Assembly: GCA_964016885.1 (NCBI GenBank)
Contig: CAXHJY010001229.1
Span: forward strand, 88,346-152,345
Length of the DNA stretch: 64,000 bases
Reading direction: 5' to 3'
Source: Eledone cirrhosa
Taxonomy: Eukaryota
Shown: positions 27,862 to 40,907 of the stretch, piece after piece
Layout: each line of letters begins with the position of its first letter
Numbering within the stretch: the stretch's first letter is position 1
Program-made: the position numbers and the translations under genes
Notes under the pieces: model-generated
The model's input: only the letters and a program-made list of their open reading frames with translations
Told to the model about the DNA's origin: nothing
Database searches by the model: none

Positions 27862-28375
27862 TTTACAAAAGAAATAATTGTTTCTACTATTGGCACAAGG
27901 CCAGCCATACAGTACATTACTGGTACTTTATTTTATCGACCCCGTAAGGATGAAAGGCAAAGTTAACCTCGGTGAGATTTGAACTCAGAATGGCAAGAGC
28001 CGTAACTCTATGCGTCAAAGCATGGCGTCCGACCCTCTACCGATACTGCCAATTCACCGCCCTTTACAAAAGAAATAATTGTTTCTACTTTTGGCACAAG
28101 GCCAGGAATTACCCAGTACATTACTGGTACTTTATTTTATCGACTCCGTAAGGATTAAAGGCAAAGTTAACCTCGGCGGTATTTGAACTCAGATCGTAAA
28201 GGGATGTAACTCTTTGCGTCAAAGCATGGCGTCCGACCCTCTACCGATACTGCCAATCCACCGCCCTTTACAAAAGAAATAATTGTTTCTACTTTAGGCA
28301 CAAGGCCAGCAATTACTCAGTGCATTACTGGTACTTTATTTTATCGACCCCGTAAGGATGAAAGGCAAAAGAAAT
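27862..28375 (-). mobile_element. Three tandem family-A SINEs (third copy lacks the tRNA head)
   Basis: Units begin TTTACAAAAGAAATAATTGTTTCTAC at ~27862, ~28063 and ~28267. Confidence 0.9.
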
Positions 28376-28639
28376 AATGAACGACGATTGGTGACATGTA
28401 TATTGTCTTAAATCTGTTCAACATGTGATAACATGCAAAAAGAGACACTAATCCCAACCCTACCCACGCACACACTTTGTGGGAGAAGGCAGCCATGTCT
28501 GCTTTTTATGAGATATGGTTGATGTCTTTAATTGTATAATCCATAGGTCCGGGTGTAAGGTCCCTTTCGGTCATAACTGCTGACTATGAGTTTACACTTA
28601 TAGAATACTTGCTTGGGCAAAGTGTTTTTTTTTAATTTC

Positions 28640-28888
28640 TAAGAAAACCAACCGACACCCAAGCATGCAAGTCTCCTTACACCACCAATGCGTTGTCCAA
28701 AGGAAAGACAAATGCTGATAGTTCTTGAAACCAGTAACGTCGCATCTCATTTTTGCTAGTTGTGTGGACTGGAACAACCTGAAATAAACTATCTTACTCA
28801 AAAACACGTGCCACTCGGTTCAAGAATCAAACACAAAACCTTACGATTGTAAGCCCAACACCCTAACCACTAAGTCATATGTTTTCAC
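28640..28888 (-). mobile_element. Diverged family-B SINE
   Basis: CCCTAACCACTAAGTCATATG is the reverse complement of the family-B head; CATCTCATTTTTGCTAGTTGTGTGGACTGGAAC matches the centre. Confidence 0.65.
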
Positions 28889-30032
28889 TGATCTGGAATA
28901 TTTGAGAAATTAGCATGTTTTCCTTTGAAGACATGACAATTACTCTAGTGCTGATACCACAATAAAAAACACCCAGTAGCCAAAAATAAAAAAAAAATCA
29001 ACGCCAAAATCTAGAATGTTTGAACAAGACATGGTTCACTGATTCATCTCGAACTATAACAACTTGTCCAACTTATGCTAACACGAAATACTACGTGTCT
29101 AACTGAAGCAACATAGTTGTGAGTGAAAGATTTAGGGGGATTAGGTATTGTGAGCTTTGGCTGAGTGAGGGAATGTGAACAGACATACCAAGGAAGATTG
29201 TTTAAATAACATTCAGGGCTTTTAATCGATCAGGTGTGAAGCATGATTACTGCAAGGAATAATCTATCTAAAACTGATTTATCTTTAATTGAAGGGACTA
29301 GAGAGTTTGTGGTATGCAGTGAAAATATTTGTGACAAGCTTCTTTTATTAGAGAGTGGTCAGAGGATCTGATGGAGACTGAGGTAATGGTAGCTAAGTAT
29401 ATACATCATCATCATCACCATTTAACTTCTATTTTCTATGATTGTATAGGTTAAATAGGTTCTGAGACTAGGCAGGTCAGACAACTATGTTTTGCTCACA
29501 TGTTCCATTTTTGACTCAGTTTTCTACAACTGGATGCTCTTCCTAACACCCATCAATTTGCATGTGGGCAGGGTGCTTTTTTTCATGGTACCAGCTCTAC
29601 CATCTGACAAGGTGAACTGGGTGCTTTTTGTCATGGCATCAGCATTACCACCTTTCAGGATAGACTGGGTGCTTTTTATCATGGCACTAGCATTCCTACT
29701 TCACAGAATGGGCTGGGCTGAGAAAATATAGATGCCAATATAAAACAAATATTTGGACAAATTCTAAAGAAGAATATATTTCTTGCTTTGAAACAAAATA
29801 ATTCTTGTACTATATCCTCTAGTGAGAACATGAGAATCAGACAACCAGATGAACTGTTTCAAACTAGTTGGGTTTCATTAAGTTTTAATACATTAAATTA
29901 AAAAGAACAACATATACTGTCATAGTTATATTGTTTATATATTGGTTGATATCAAGAATAAATCATTTGGTTGGGTAAATTTGGCAATTAGTGTATGAGG
30001 AAAATTGCATAATACACCATGAAATAAATAAA

Positions 30033-30339
30033 CCCTTTTGATACCAAACTGCCCTAGTTTCTATAAGAAGTTTATTTTAAAGAGTTTATTAGAACATGAC
30101 CCCCCCCCCCCCCATATAAAACTATGTTTCAACACATGATTTCAAATCAAAAACCTTACAAAACAAATACATCTTTGTCTATAAACTTTCCATCATATGT
30201 TTTTGTAAGAAACTTTATGTTCCAAACACCAGCTTGAGAAAGTTAATGATATTACTAAATTCCTCTAAATTCTTTATTATTTTCACAAGTATTTGAAAAA
30301 GAGGCAGTTTTTTTCATTAGAAATATGGTAACGAAAAGG
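30033..30339. mobile_element. Second piggyBac-type MITE family (diverged)
   Basis: TAAA|CCCTTTTGATACCA ... TGGTAACGAAAAGG|TTAA imperfect TIRs. Confidence 0.55.
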
Positions 30340-30739
30340 TTAATTCATACGAATATAGTCAAAAAGTACAGGTAAAGGGTACTCTTGATAACATTTCCCA
30401 TATTATTTCTCTGTTGAGTTTACTACATAATTCTTAGAATTTATATCAACCCAACTGAAACCAACTTAATTTAAAATGGAGACGGAAATATTTTGTATAG
30501 AGGGGGAAAAGTAATATATTCTAAGAAACACCAACATCTTAATGACTGCAATCAACCAGAAATAATTAGAAAATAACATTCAAACTTCTTTTCTTCAAAG
30601 CAAAAAAAAAATAATAATAATAATTTGTCATATAACGACAAATAAAGTAAAATACTTTTAATTTGAAAGCCAATATATAAAATGCAAGCTTTTCTATAAA
30701 GCTAAACTTTGGAATAATATATATAAATATGTGTGTGTG

Positions 30740-32340
30740 TATCATTATCATCATCATTTTACATCTGCTTTACAACACAGCCTCCATCCATATAAAGCAT
30801 TCCTTCATTATCACCTCTGTGAGGTTCAGCATTTTGAGATCAGTTCTAATCCCCTGTGTCCTGGTCATTTTCAGTTTTAAATTACTGCAGCTTCATTCCA
30901 CTGGCATCACTTGACACTCCTTCATCCAACATTAATCATCCATATGCCTCACAAGTCCATACCAGTGAAATCTTCTCTTCAACATTACATCTGTTTCTTC
31001 TCATACTCAGCTTTTCTTTCAGTTCATCCACACTATTGTTCATGCATCTTAACATTACATATCTTTGTTTGTAGAGAAAATCTCTTCTGTTCTTATTCTA
31101 GTTACTATGCAATCAGAGCAACCCCTTTCACTGATATACGAGTCACCTAGGTAACAGAAACTATCTACTAGTTCTAAGGTATATTCCTGGGATTGGAAAA
31201 TGTTTATTTCACTGCTTCTCTTATTACACATTAAACCTGTGCATCTGTCACATACAAAGTCTATATTTTCTGTTAGTCTGCCTCCTATCCCACTACACCT
31301 CTTGTATACCTATACCTTACATTAAGTACATCATATAAAATTCCTACTTACTTCTTTTCTACATATTGAACATTTCTCTACTAACAGCACCTCTGTCCAT
31401 GGTTTTCACTGCTCCCATAAACCACATGTTAAGGAACACTACATGGCAGATAATGAACCTCTGTCAAAAACCTAAATACAGTTGCTTGCAATTAGTTAGG
31501 AATTTATCCTGTAGTTGTCTTAGTGAGAAGAGGGCATCCATGGTGCCCTTTTTCATCACAAAACCAAACTGCATCATAATGGTTTGACTCTTTACTTAAT
31601 TAGTTGTGCTAACACTCTGTTATTTTCATAAATTGATCAATCAGCTTTGTGTTTGTGGTTGCTCCTTTCTAGAGGATAAGCTTTTCCCTTACAGCAATTA
31701 ATAGCTATATTGCTATGCAGTCATTGGGTAACAGTGATATGTATTTCTTGATTGACTATGTGGGTGTGTAGCTCAATTCCTATCTCTAATGGTCCAGCAG
31801 CTTCTCCATTTTTCATTTCTCTGACCCTATAACTGTATATTTTGATAGCCAGTTCCTTTGTAGGGTCAGCCGAGAGTAGTCCCTTTTCTTTTTACTTAAT
31901 CTCCACATTCATCAACCTCACATTGTAGCATTTCCAGGCTTTTTTCTTCTGAGCATCAGTGAGGCTAAGTGTGCCTGTGTCATTTTGAACACATCTCTTC
32001 CCAATAACATCTTGATTCACACTGACACATTGCTTCACAATGTAGAACACCTCACTGTTAATCTGCTCAATGAGTCATATTATTAAACCTCTTGCTTTCT
32101 GCTTCTCTACTTGCTATGTCAACTTGTCATCTAGCTTCTAAAACCCTACATAGTATTGCTCTAAACTGATCTAAAAAGCTACTTGATATTGTTCTTTGAT
32201 GTTGCTAGTTTTCCAGTCTTTCCATGCCTATATCTTAGCTTCAATGGTTCTACAGTACTGTTCATTCATCAAGTTACTTTTCATCTGGATGGTACCTTGT
32301 TTCAGCCACAGATCTCATCAGAAGTCTGAAGCAGTTGTCC
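30740..32340 (-). mobile_element. Heavily decayed RTE LINE (PHD family)
   Basis: (CAT)n tail at ~30742-30757; reverse complement follows 21430-23676 with internal deletions. Confidence 0.7.
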
Positions 32341-32569
32341 TGCATGCTATACATATCTATCTCCCCCTCTCTCTCTAGTTTAGCTTGCAATTGAGAAGCA
32401 GGTAGCTTGACATCAGAGATGATAGACCTTTAAGGGTAAGTGTTTTATAATATCAATGGTCTAATACTGTCAATACTAATTTTTGCTTTATTAATCATAT
32501 ATTTTTAATATACTTAATTGTGAGCATTTGGCATCTTTCATTAGAGGCATGGGATGGTATACCGCTAAT

Positions 32570-32897
32570 GTGAAGGCGCATGGCTTAGTGGTTAGAGTGT
32601 CGAACTTACAATCATGAGGTTGTGAATTCGATTCTGGACTGGGCTTTGTGTTGAGTTCTTGAGTAAGACACTTTATTTCATGCAGCTCCAGTTCACTCAG
32701 CTGTAGAAATGAGTTGCGACGTCACTAGTGTCAAGCTATATCAGCCATTGCTTTTACCTTGGACAACATCGGTGGTGTGGAGAGGGGAGGCTATATGCAT
32801 GGGCAACTGCTGGTCTTCCATAAACAACCTTGCCGAGGGGAACTTTCTAGGTGCAAATCCCATGGTCATTCATGACCGAAGATCTTTACCCTTTACC
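32570..32897 (+). mobile_element. Family-B SINE, tail type 2
   Basis: Same head and centre as 26482, different 3' half (TGCGACGTCACTAGTGTCAAGC...CTTTACCCTTTACC); partial minus-strand copy at 41660-41884. Confidence 0.85.
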
Positions 32898-33338
32898 TCT
32901 AATGAAGTAAAATAGCTAGTATTGACTTGGAGTGTTTGTGACTTGTACTATGTATGTTATGACTATGGGTTGTTGTTTTTGACAAAAGAAGAGAGTTGGG
33001 CTGTTGGTAAGAATTCCAGCTTGGGGAAAGGGATGAAAGATGGATGAGTTGCTGTCAAGGTCAGAAGTGGAAAGAGTTAGTGCCCTTGACTTTGATCACT
33101 TCCACTTAAAAGCATGTGTGGTCATTTTGTTGCTGTTTCTATAATTAACACACTGGAATCTTTGTTGGATAGTTCTGTACACATAGGGATTTGGCTGAGA
33201 TATTTCAACAATTTTTTTGTCTATTGTTTATGTATTATATTTTATCAGTTAATGTTTAGTTTTTGTGCTGTATATTTTACTTCAATGTTATTTCTTTTTC
33301 TTTTTTATTCAATTCATAGTCTATTCATTGTTATTTAA

Positions 33339-33536
33339 CTCTTTAGCATTTAAACCAACCGTATCCAGCCAGAATTTTCTTCCCTCTTTCTGTTCAAACC
33401 GGCCACTTATACTTATGTTTAGGTATTGTTCTCAAAATAAATATTATCAAAATCTCATAGATTCAATATTATGTGAGGTAAAGCCTTTACTGTGAAAATA
33501 CAATAGTATATATAGAGTAATGTAAATGTTAATGGG
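33339..33536. mobile_element. piggyBac-type MITE (same family as 12922-13129)
   Basis: TTAA|CTCTTTAGCATTTA ... TAAATGTTAATGGG|TTAA; shared interior CAAAATCTCATAGATTCAATATTATGTGAG. Confidence 0.88.
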
Positions 33537-34796
33537 TTAACTTTGGTTGGCATTTATATGTTGTTTAGTGTTAGCTTCTGAATCTAAACTATAATAAAGG
33601 AAGGTCTGTGGGATTGCGTACGTTTTTTTTTTTTTATCCCGTTTGTAAAATAAGTTGGATTACTTTGAATAAATAATGAATGAATATTACATAATTTATC
33701 TAAATTTCGTGGCTGTTGATTAAATATATTTTGTTTATTTAAAGATTCACTTCTGAAATGTCAACACTTCCGGTTGGCCCTCACTTAAATAAACATACTA
33801 ATTTTCTCCTAATGCAGTTTATATATAATATCGTTTTTTAATGCATCATGGATTACGTTACTGATTAAATAAGAGAGTGTAACACAGTCTTCGTTCAATT
33901 TCTATGTATTATATATTGTCAATTACGATTTTATTTGATGTATCATATCTACATCTATATATACTTGCGTATATTAATATACACACTACACATACTAGCA
34001 GAAAACCACACGAGGGGTGGTTTTTCTGCTAGTTACTTAACGTGTCATGCTGTTTGAACAGCAATATATTTTTAATTTGAGTTGTTTGGGGTTTACTTTA
34101 ATCTAGTCTTTTGATTTGAACTCCTGTTTATTGTTTGTGTGGAATTTTTCTATAATGTATCAGATTGGCAGGTTCAATATTATTTAGTGTTAGTTTCTGT
34201 TCAGTTTGGTGATTTAATTGTTGAGCCTGTACCTTCATTTCATTTTTTGTTTGGGTCTATTAGTTTGTTAAGTAGGATAGAGTTTAGATGAGATTAATAA
34301 AGGATTATAGAGTTTAGGTTTGGTCAGTTTGGATATTGGTAGTTGAGAATGTGGTTTACTTCAGTGTGCGTCTATATATATCGAGTTAGGTTCATTGGGA
34401 GTATATAGTTAGATATTATTTCTGGTGGTTATACTGATTATGTGTGGCTGCTGTACCAAATTATGTAATGGGGTAGTAGTCACTGCAGAGTAATACAGAA
34501 ACTATGTAATATGATGGTTGCAGCCTAATGATGTCCATCATCTCCACACCAGTAATTGGTGCAGGTTAGTTGTGGTTTTTCTGGGAGGGAAGGTTGAGGC
34601 ATGGTTTTGAAGGACTTGTTAGAATTCTACTTGATGTCTTGAATGGTATGTGTCTGGTGAGTGGGGTTGATTGTAGCAATATAATTTGCATTTGTTTCAT
34701 TTTGAGAATAGCATGGTTTTGTTTAGATTTATGTATAAATTAGTGGTCTCAGACATCTGACAGTGGTTATGTTAGGGCACTGCTTTGATTTAGTTG

Positions 34797-35133
34797 ATGG
34801 AGGCACATGGCTTAGTGGTTATAGCATTGACCTTGCAATCAAAAGGTTGTGAGTTCAATTCTCAGACCGGGCGATGTGTTGTTTCCTTGAGCAAGACACT
34901 TTATTTCACATTGCTCCAGTTTACTCAGCTGTAGAAATGAGATGATAGGGACTGGGGTCCATATCATTCCACTGCAAAGTGGTCGTGGAGGTGCCATGGC
35001 AAAAAAGCACCCAGCACTCACTGTAAATGAGGTTGGTGTTAGGAAGGGCATCCAGCTGTAGAAATCAAGCCAGAATCAGTTCCCGTCCCACCCTTGCAAG
35101 TGGACGTAAAATGAAATGAAATGAATGAAATGA
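34797..35133 (+). mobile_element. Family-B SINE, tail type 3 (RTE-derived)
   Basis: Family-B head and centre followed by CACTGCAAAGTGGTCGTG...GGAAGGGCATCCAGCTGTAGAAA...CCCGTCCCACCCTTGCAAG..GGACGTAAAATG. Confidence 0.85.
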
Positions 35134-35418
35134 ATAACAACCAAAGTATTAATTTTTTCAAATTTGGTACTTTTTTTATCAATCTCTTTTTTGGCAAACC
35201 ACTAGGTTACAGGACATAAACAGATACATACATACATATATATATGTATGTATATATATATATATATACACACATATACATATATAAATATTGTAAGGAG
35301 TTAGTGCCAATGGTTGAGTTCTTGCTATTGGGCACTAACTCTTTACAATACCTATATTATTCTACTTTCTCAAGTATTAAGCTGAACAAGTAAACTGGTA
35401 ACTACCAATCTCTATATA

Positions 35419-36460
35419 TCATCATCGTTTAATGTCCATCTTCCACACTAGCATGGGGGACTGTGGTTCACTCACACAGGACTAATTTTGGGTTGGTTTC
35501 TATGGCTACATGCATTTCCTAAAGCTAACTACATTAGTGTGTGCTGGGTGTTTTTTGTCGTGACACCTACACGACCACTATATAGTGTGGGCTGGGCTCT
35601 TTTGTCGTTGCTCCAGGGGAGCATCACTTTATGGAGGGGGTTGAGAACTTGGGAGGGGTGAAGATGCATGGAGAAATTGGGGACATAAGTATAGGGGGGG
35701 ATAATTGCGAGGGAGGTTTATGGGAGGGGAGATGGTAAGGGAAGGTGATGTCTACTAGATACATGCCTCAGCCTGAGGATATTAGAGGGCGGGTCTTCTG
35801 TAATACTTCATAGCGCCAGAGGTCAGTCATGTCATTGCCTTAGTGAGGTGTAATTGAGCAAGGTCAGCTTTTATTACCTTATCCCAAGTCTTCCTAGGCC
35901 TGCCCACTGCATGGCTATCATCAACTTTGATCACTTTTGACCTTTATATATATATCATCATCAGTTTTACATCTATTCTTCCATGCTAGCATGGGTTAGA
36001 CGAGTTGTCCTATTGTGGGCAATGTCAGGTCAGGTGACCATGTCTTGCTCATACAGAACTGATTTTGGCTGTTTCGACAACTGGGTGTCAACCTCATTTA
36101 CCGTGAGTACTGGGTGCTTTTCGCCATGTCTCCTACACGACCACTTTACAGTGTGGGCTGGATGCCTTTTGTTGTGACACCTACACAAACCACTTTATAG
36201 TGTGGGTTGAATTCTTTTTGTTGACACTTAAACGACCACTTTATAGTGTGGGCTGGCTGCTTTTTGTTGTGATACCTACAAAACCAGTTTACTTTGTGAG
36301 CTGGGTGCTTTTTGCCGTGTCACCATCATGCTTATTTTACAGTGCGGGCAAGCCAAAATCAGTTCTGTAAGAGCAAGATATGGTCATCTGACCTATCTTG
36401 TCTCTTATCAGAACAACTCGTCTCTCATGCTAGCATGGAAAAAGAGACATTAAATGGTGA
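35419..36460 (-). mobile_element. Cluster of RTE 3'-end/3'-UTR fragments with 48-bp repeats
   Basis: (CAT)n tails at ~35419 and ~35955; GRPRKTW-type coding remnant at ~35880-35910(-); 48-bp units at 36090-36350. Confidence 0.65.
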
Positions 36461-36479
36461 TGATATATATATATACATT

Positions 36480-37010
36480 AACAATACAATTCGAAGGTTA
36501 GATTTCATAATTTCTTTAATTATGTAGTAGCCATGATACATAATTCTGTGGTGAAATAGTTCATCGTGATACCATGAAGCAATCCATAACATGCCGTCTT
36601 CAGATGACCCATTAGGTAATCCATTTATAAGGTATTGTAATGTATTGACATGGAGACAGACCTGCATTTGATGTTAATCCAAAGCCTGTCTCCATATAAA
36701 TTTAAGATTCACGTTAATCTTACAGTGAGTGTTGGCAGGCATGGAGGTTTATTTTTCTATCGCCACGTTTACTTGGCTCTGGTTTTGAAGTTGATTGATG
36801 GTGTTACTGACAAGCACTTCCCCTGCCAAAACTGTATGTTCTTTTCCCCACTTTGGTGTGGCTATAGCAGCCATCAAATTTGTTGTGACCATCTACATTC
36901 TTATCTTTTAAGGGGTGCCAGTCATACTGTTTTATATGTTAGGATTTTATGGCATCAGGCAGCCAAGCATAACAGTCCTTAATAGCAAGTGTTTATCACT
37001 TGGAAAATTT
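36480..37010 (-). mobile_element. Possible decayed Penelope-like element 3' end (GIY-YIG remnant)
   Basis: Broken minus-strand reading resembling TG.PLKIRM...EHTV...AIE..., followed by CTGAAGA at ~36597-36603(-); no intact ORF and no complete hammerhead. Confidence 0.3.
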
Positions 37011-37020
37011 AGGTTGATAA

Positions 37021-37118
37021 TTTCCCTGACATTTGTATATTGTTCTATGTACTATATATGCACCTTTGACGAGTTGTAGTGCACCTGAGCACTTTACACA
37101 ATAATTTCATTATAATAA
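37021..37118 (+). mobile_element. Isolated 3' UTR of the CR1-group LINE seen at 17292-21048
   Basis: CCTGACATTTGTATATTGTTCTATGTACTATATATGCACCTTTGACGAGTTGTAGTGCACCTGAGCAC matches ~20944-21011. Confidence 0.9.
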
Positions 37119-37148
37119 GATATAGACATGGAATTTGGGAAACAATAA

Positions 37149-39410
37149 CACTGGTCAACAAGTATTTGTCAAGGTGTACTCAGTGTAGTTTTTAATGCTG
37201 ATTTCAAATATACAATTAGTTTTTTGACATCACTTACACTTTTCAAGATGAGAAACTTTTTGGTTTTAGCTCATGCATTATACAGAAATTCCAATTAATT
37301 ACGTATATGCATGAATTTCATTTACATTATGGAAACATACCTTTAAAATAAACTACATTATTCATTGCTGCATAGTTTAGATGCAATATTTCATCATCTT
37401 AAATTAACCAATCAAGTTTTGTCTGATGAAATAGGTATTTCAACATCTCAAATTGTCCAGTCATAATTGGTCTGATGAAATATTTCATCATCTCAAATTC
37501 AATATAAGTATAACCGTTTGTATCTATTTCCTTACTTGTTTTACAGTGTTAACAATGTCAAGACAGTGTAGAAATTGTCCTGATGTGTTTTGTTATGTCT
37601 GTGGACAATTTATCGTGAAAGCTCAAAAACGTACAATAACACCAGAGATCGAGAAGATTTATAAGCTATACTTTGTCTGCCCTCTTGGAGATCAGGACAA
37701 GTTATGGGCACCACATTTTATCTGCTCAACTTGCTCAAATGGCTTACGTGACTGGTTCAATAAGAAGAAGTCCATGCCTTTTGCCATTCCAATGATATGG
37801 AGGGAGCTGAAAGACCATTTTAATGACTGTTATTTTTGCAAAGTAAATGTCACAGGATTTTCTATGAAGAATAGACACAAAATTGTGTATCCCAATTTAG
37901 ATTCTGCAATGAGACCTGTGCCTCACAATGGAAGTCTACCAATTCCAGTTCTACCAAATGATGGTATTGAAACATCAGATGATGCTGCTAAGGAAGATTA
38001 CGTGGCTGATGACGATAGCTTTGAACCTCAGAAATGTTCCCAAGCTGAACTGAATGACCTTGTCAGAGACCTATCCCTCTCAAAAGATAAAGCAGAACTG
38101 TTGGCATGAAGACTGAAGGAGAAGTATCTACTAGAGCACGGTGTTTGTATAACTTATTTTCAGCAGAGAAATGTGGTAATACAAACGTGTTTTTCTGTTG
38201 AAGGCCCGCTTTGCTTTTGCAGTAACATCAATGGACTTTTCGAATGTTTATCACAAAATCATGATCTTGCAGAGTGGTGTTTGTTTATTGACTCTTCAAA
38301 ACGAAATTTAAAAGCTTTATTTCTCGATAATGATAATTTGAAGCCCTCCATTCCTATTGCACACTCCGTTCATTTTCATGAATCATATGAGAATATGCCA
38401 TTGCCTATGAAAGATACTCATGTGGAGATTTAAAAGTTATTGGAATGTTAATGGGAATGCAGTCAGGTTTCACAAAATACTGTTGTTTCTTGTGTCTATG
38501 GGATAGTCGAGCAACTGACAGACAAGAATTGGACTGTCTAGCATCAAGAAAACACCTCTTGTAGATCCATGTAATGTCTTATTGTCTCCTTTGCACATAA
38601 AGCTTGGACTGATGAAACAGTTTGTAAAGATACTAGGGAAGAGAAATGCCAGAGGGTTTGAGTATATTGTAGAAAAGCTTCCCAAAATCACACAGGCGAA
38701 GTTGAAAGAAGTTATCTTTGTCGGACCCCAAATTAAAGAAGTACTCAAAGATGTCAACTTCAAGACAACACTGGATGAACTGGAACTGCCTGGAATGCTT
38801 TCAATTGGATCTGTGAGAATTTCTTGAGCAACAAGAAGGCAATGGACTACAAGGATGGCATCAAGAACCTTCTGAAATGTTACTCAGCAATGGGTTGTCG
38901 CATGTCACTGAAAGTTCACTTCTTGGACTCCCATCTGGATTTCTTTGCAGATAACATTGGAGGAGTGTCTGATGAACATGGTGAAAGATTTCACCAGGAC
39001 ATTAGTGCTATGGAGAAACTGTACCAAGGCCTCTGGAATGACAGTATGCTGGCTCACTACTGCTGGACACTTTACCGTGATCAACCAGATCAGGAACACC
39101 GCAGGAAATCCAAATCACAATGTTTCTAACTTTGTTTTATCTGACACATTTTTTGTGTATTCACTCTTTGTAGAATGATAGTGATGATTTTTAACTCAAT
39201 AAACTCATTTACTTTCTAAAAATAATATGTTCTTATTTATTACGTTAATGATTTCATATATACAAATATGTAAATATTTGCATGTATCTACTGAAAATCT
39301 GATATGTACTGCATACAAATGGAGTGAAATTTTGAAATCAGCATGAAAAATTAGTCTAAAAAGGTTGGTTTGCATTCATGAGTATAATACATTTAATTTT
39401 GTTACCAGTG
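37149..39410 (+). mobile_element. Chapaev3-like (CMC/CACTA group) DNA transposon with both ends present
   Basis: TAA|CACTGGTCAACAA ... TTGTTACCAGTG|TAA (CACTG termini, 3-bp TAA duplication); subterminal TTTTTAATGCTGATTTCAAA / TTTGAAATCAGCATGAAAAA inverted match. Confidence 0.88.
37555..39129 (+). pseudogene. Chapaev3-type transposase, disrupted by stops and frameshifts
   Basis: N-terminal Cys-rich CRNCPDVFCYVCG...GDQDKLWAPHFIC...PMIWRE..DH..DCYFC; LFIDSSK; PLHIKLGLMKQFVK; MSLKVHFLDSHLDFF..N.G.VSDEHGERFHQDI. Confidence 0.88.
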
Positions 39411-39704
39411 TAATTATAATATATAACAATAAAATAAAATAAATAATAAGATATAAAAAATATAATGTATAATACTTACTGGTAATCAACAATACAATAA
39501 CCTAAAGAGATGTAATATTGAGGGAATCAACACAAAAATATTTACATGCTCGCAATACACCCATATATACTCAGTATGATCTGCTGCGTGCTTACATGTA
39601 TATACACATACAAAGAGTGTGTATTATTTTTAAAACTGTTCACCAAAGCTTTGATAATACATCCAACATTTATCAATTCAGGTATTGTGTGCCCTGTACA
39701 TTTT

Positions 39705-40905
39705 TATAGAAATTTTCAACCACTGCTATGGAGCCACCTGCGCATTTGATAGTATGTTTCATTCATGTAAGCGTTTGCTGCTTACTGCTCCTGTGCACCT
39801 ACGATATACATACCCAACATTCTTTGTTAGCCTGCCTGAAATCCCACTACATCTCTTGCATATCCAAGTCTACATTTTGTACATTATACGGAATTTCTAC
39901 CAGATCCTTTTTTTGCATATTGAGCATGTCTATTTCCCTGACAGAATCAGAACAGTTATTTTCCCTATTTACTAGTACTTTAGTTTTTGCTAAATTGACT
40001 TTGAGGCCTTTCAGTACCATATTTGGCTTCCAAGGTTAGAATTTCTTTAGTTCCACTACAGATCCAGCTATGAGAATTCATCTGCATACAGGAATTTCCA
40101 TGAGTAGCCAATCGTAAACTCATGTTATGGCCTAGAGGACTATAATAAACAGGTGGCTGAGGACTGAGCCCTGGTAGATCCCCTACATGCACACTAAATT
40201 TATAACTGTACTCATTGTTAACTTTATCCTTGCTGACTGCATCTCTGTAAATGGTTTGTACAGTTCTCAAGCAATTCATTTACCTCTATTTTCCTGAGAA
40301 CTCCCCAGATTAAGGAGCGAGTCAAAATTTTACTCTAGGTTAATGAATTCCAGGTAGAGAGGCTTAATTTTACCTAAATACTTATCCTCCAGGTAAGAGG
40401 TCATTGATGCTATCTCTACTAGACACAAGGCTGAACTGCATCTCATCTAAGTAAACTCTATCTCTAATCAGTTATACTACAATACTTCTGGTGACTTTCA
40501 TGATTTCGTCTATCAGCTTAATGACTCTAGTTTCCCTGTCTAGTTCATTTTCCTTGCCTTTGGAGCAGCTTTGGGTATGACACTATGCTGTATTACCTGC
40601 TTTACAATGTGTGGTTAAACATGTGACTCACCATCCAAGATGTTTTCAGCATCCCAATAACTACCCCTGATAGTTCAGCTGCTTTGCATGTCTTCATATC
40701 CTTAATTGCCTTACTACTCTGCAGGCAGTAACAGGGATCTACTTGAGGGAGATCATCTTCTAATGCATTCTCCTTGTTCTTATAATGACACTTCCACACC
40801 CCTTTCTTATCAATATTGGTGAGGGCAAGTGCACCACTCATTCTAGTCACACTTCTTCCGAACATCTTGATTTTTCCCTGACACACTGTCTTGTCTTGCA
40901 ATATA
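39705..40905 (-). mobile_element. Decayed RTE LINE (PHD family), internal fragment
   Basis: ORF 39980-40279(-) VQTIYRDAVSK..VNNEYS..FSVHVG matches the 59848 ORF; finger remnant at ~39780-39910. Confidence 0.75.
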
Positions 40906-40907
40906 TG

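Noticed and set aside
27645-27947. 100-aa ORF as a host exon
   Set aside because: No recognisable homology, TTG start, and it runs into a SINE
37413-37495. CTGATGA motifs as further hammerheads
   Set aside because: No stem II-GAAA-stem III arrangement; they are subterminal repeats of the Chapaev-like element
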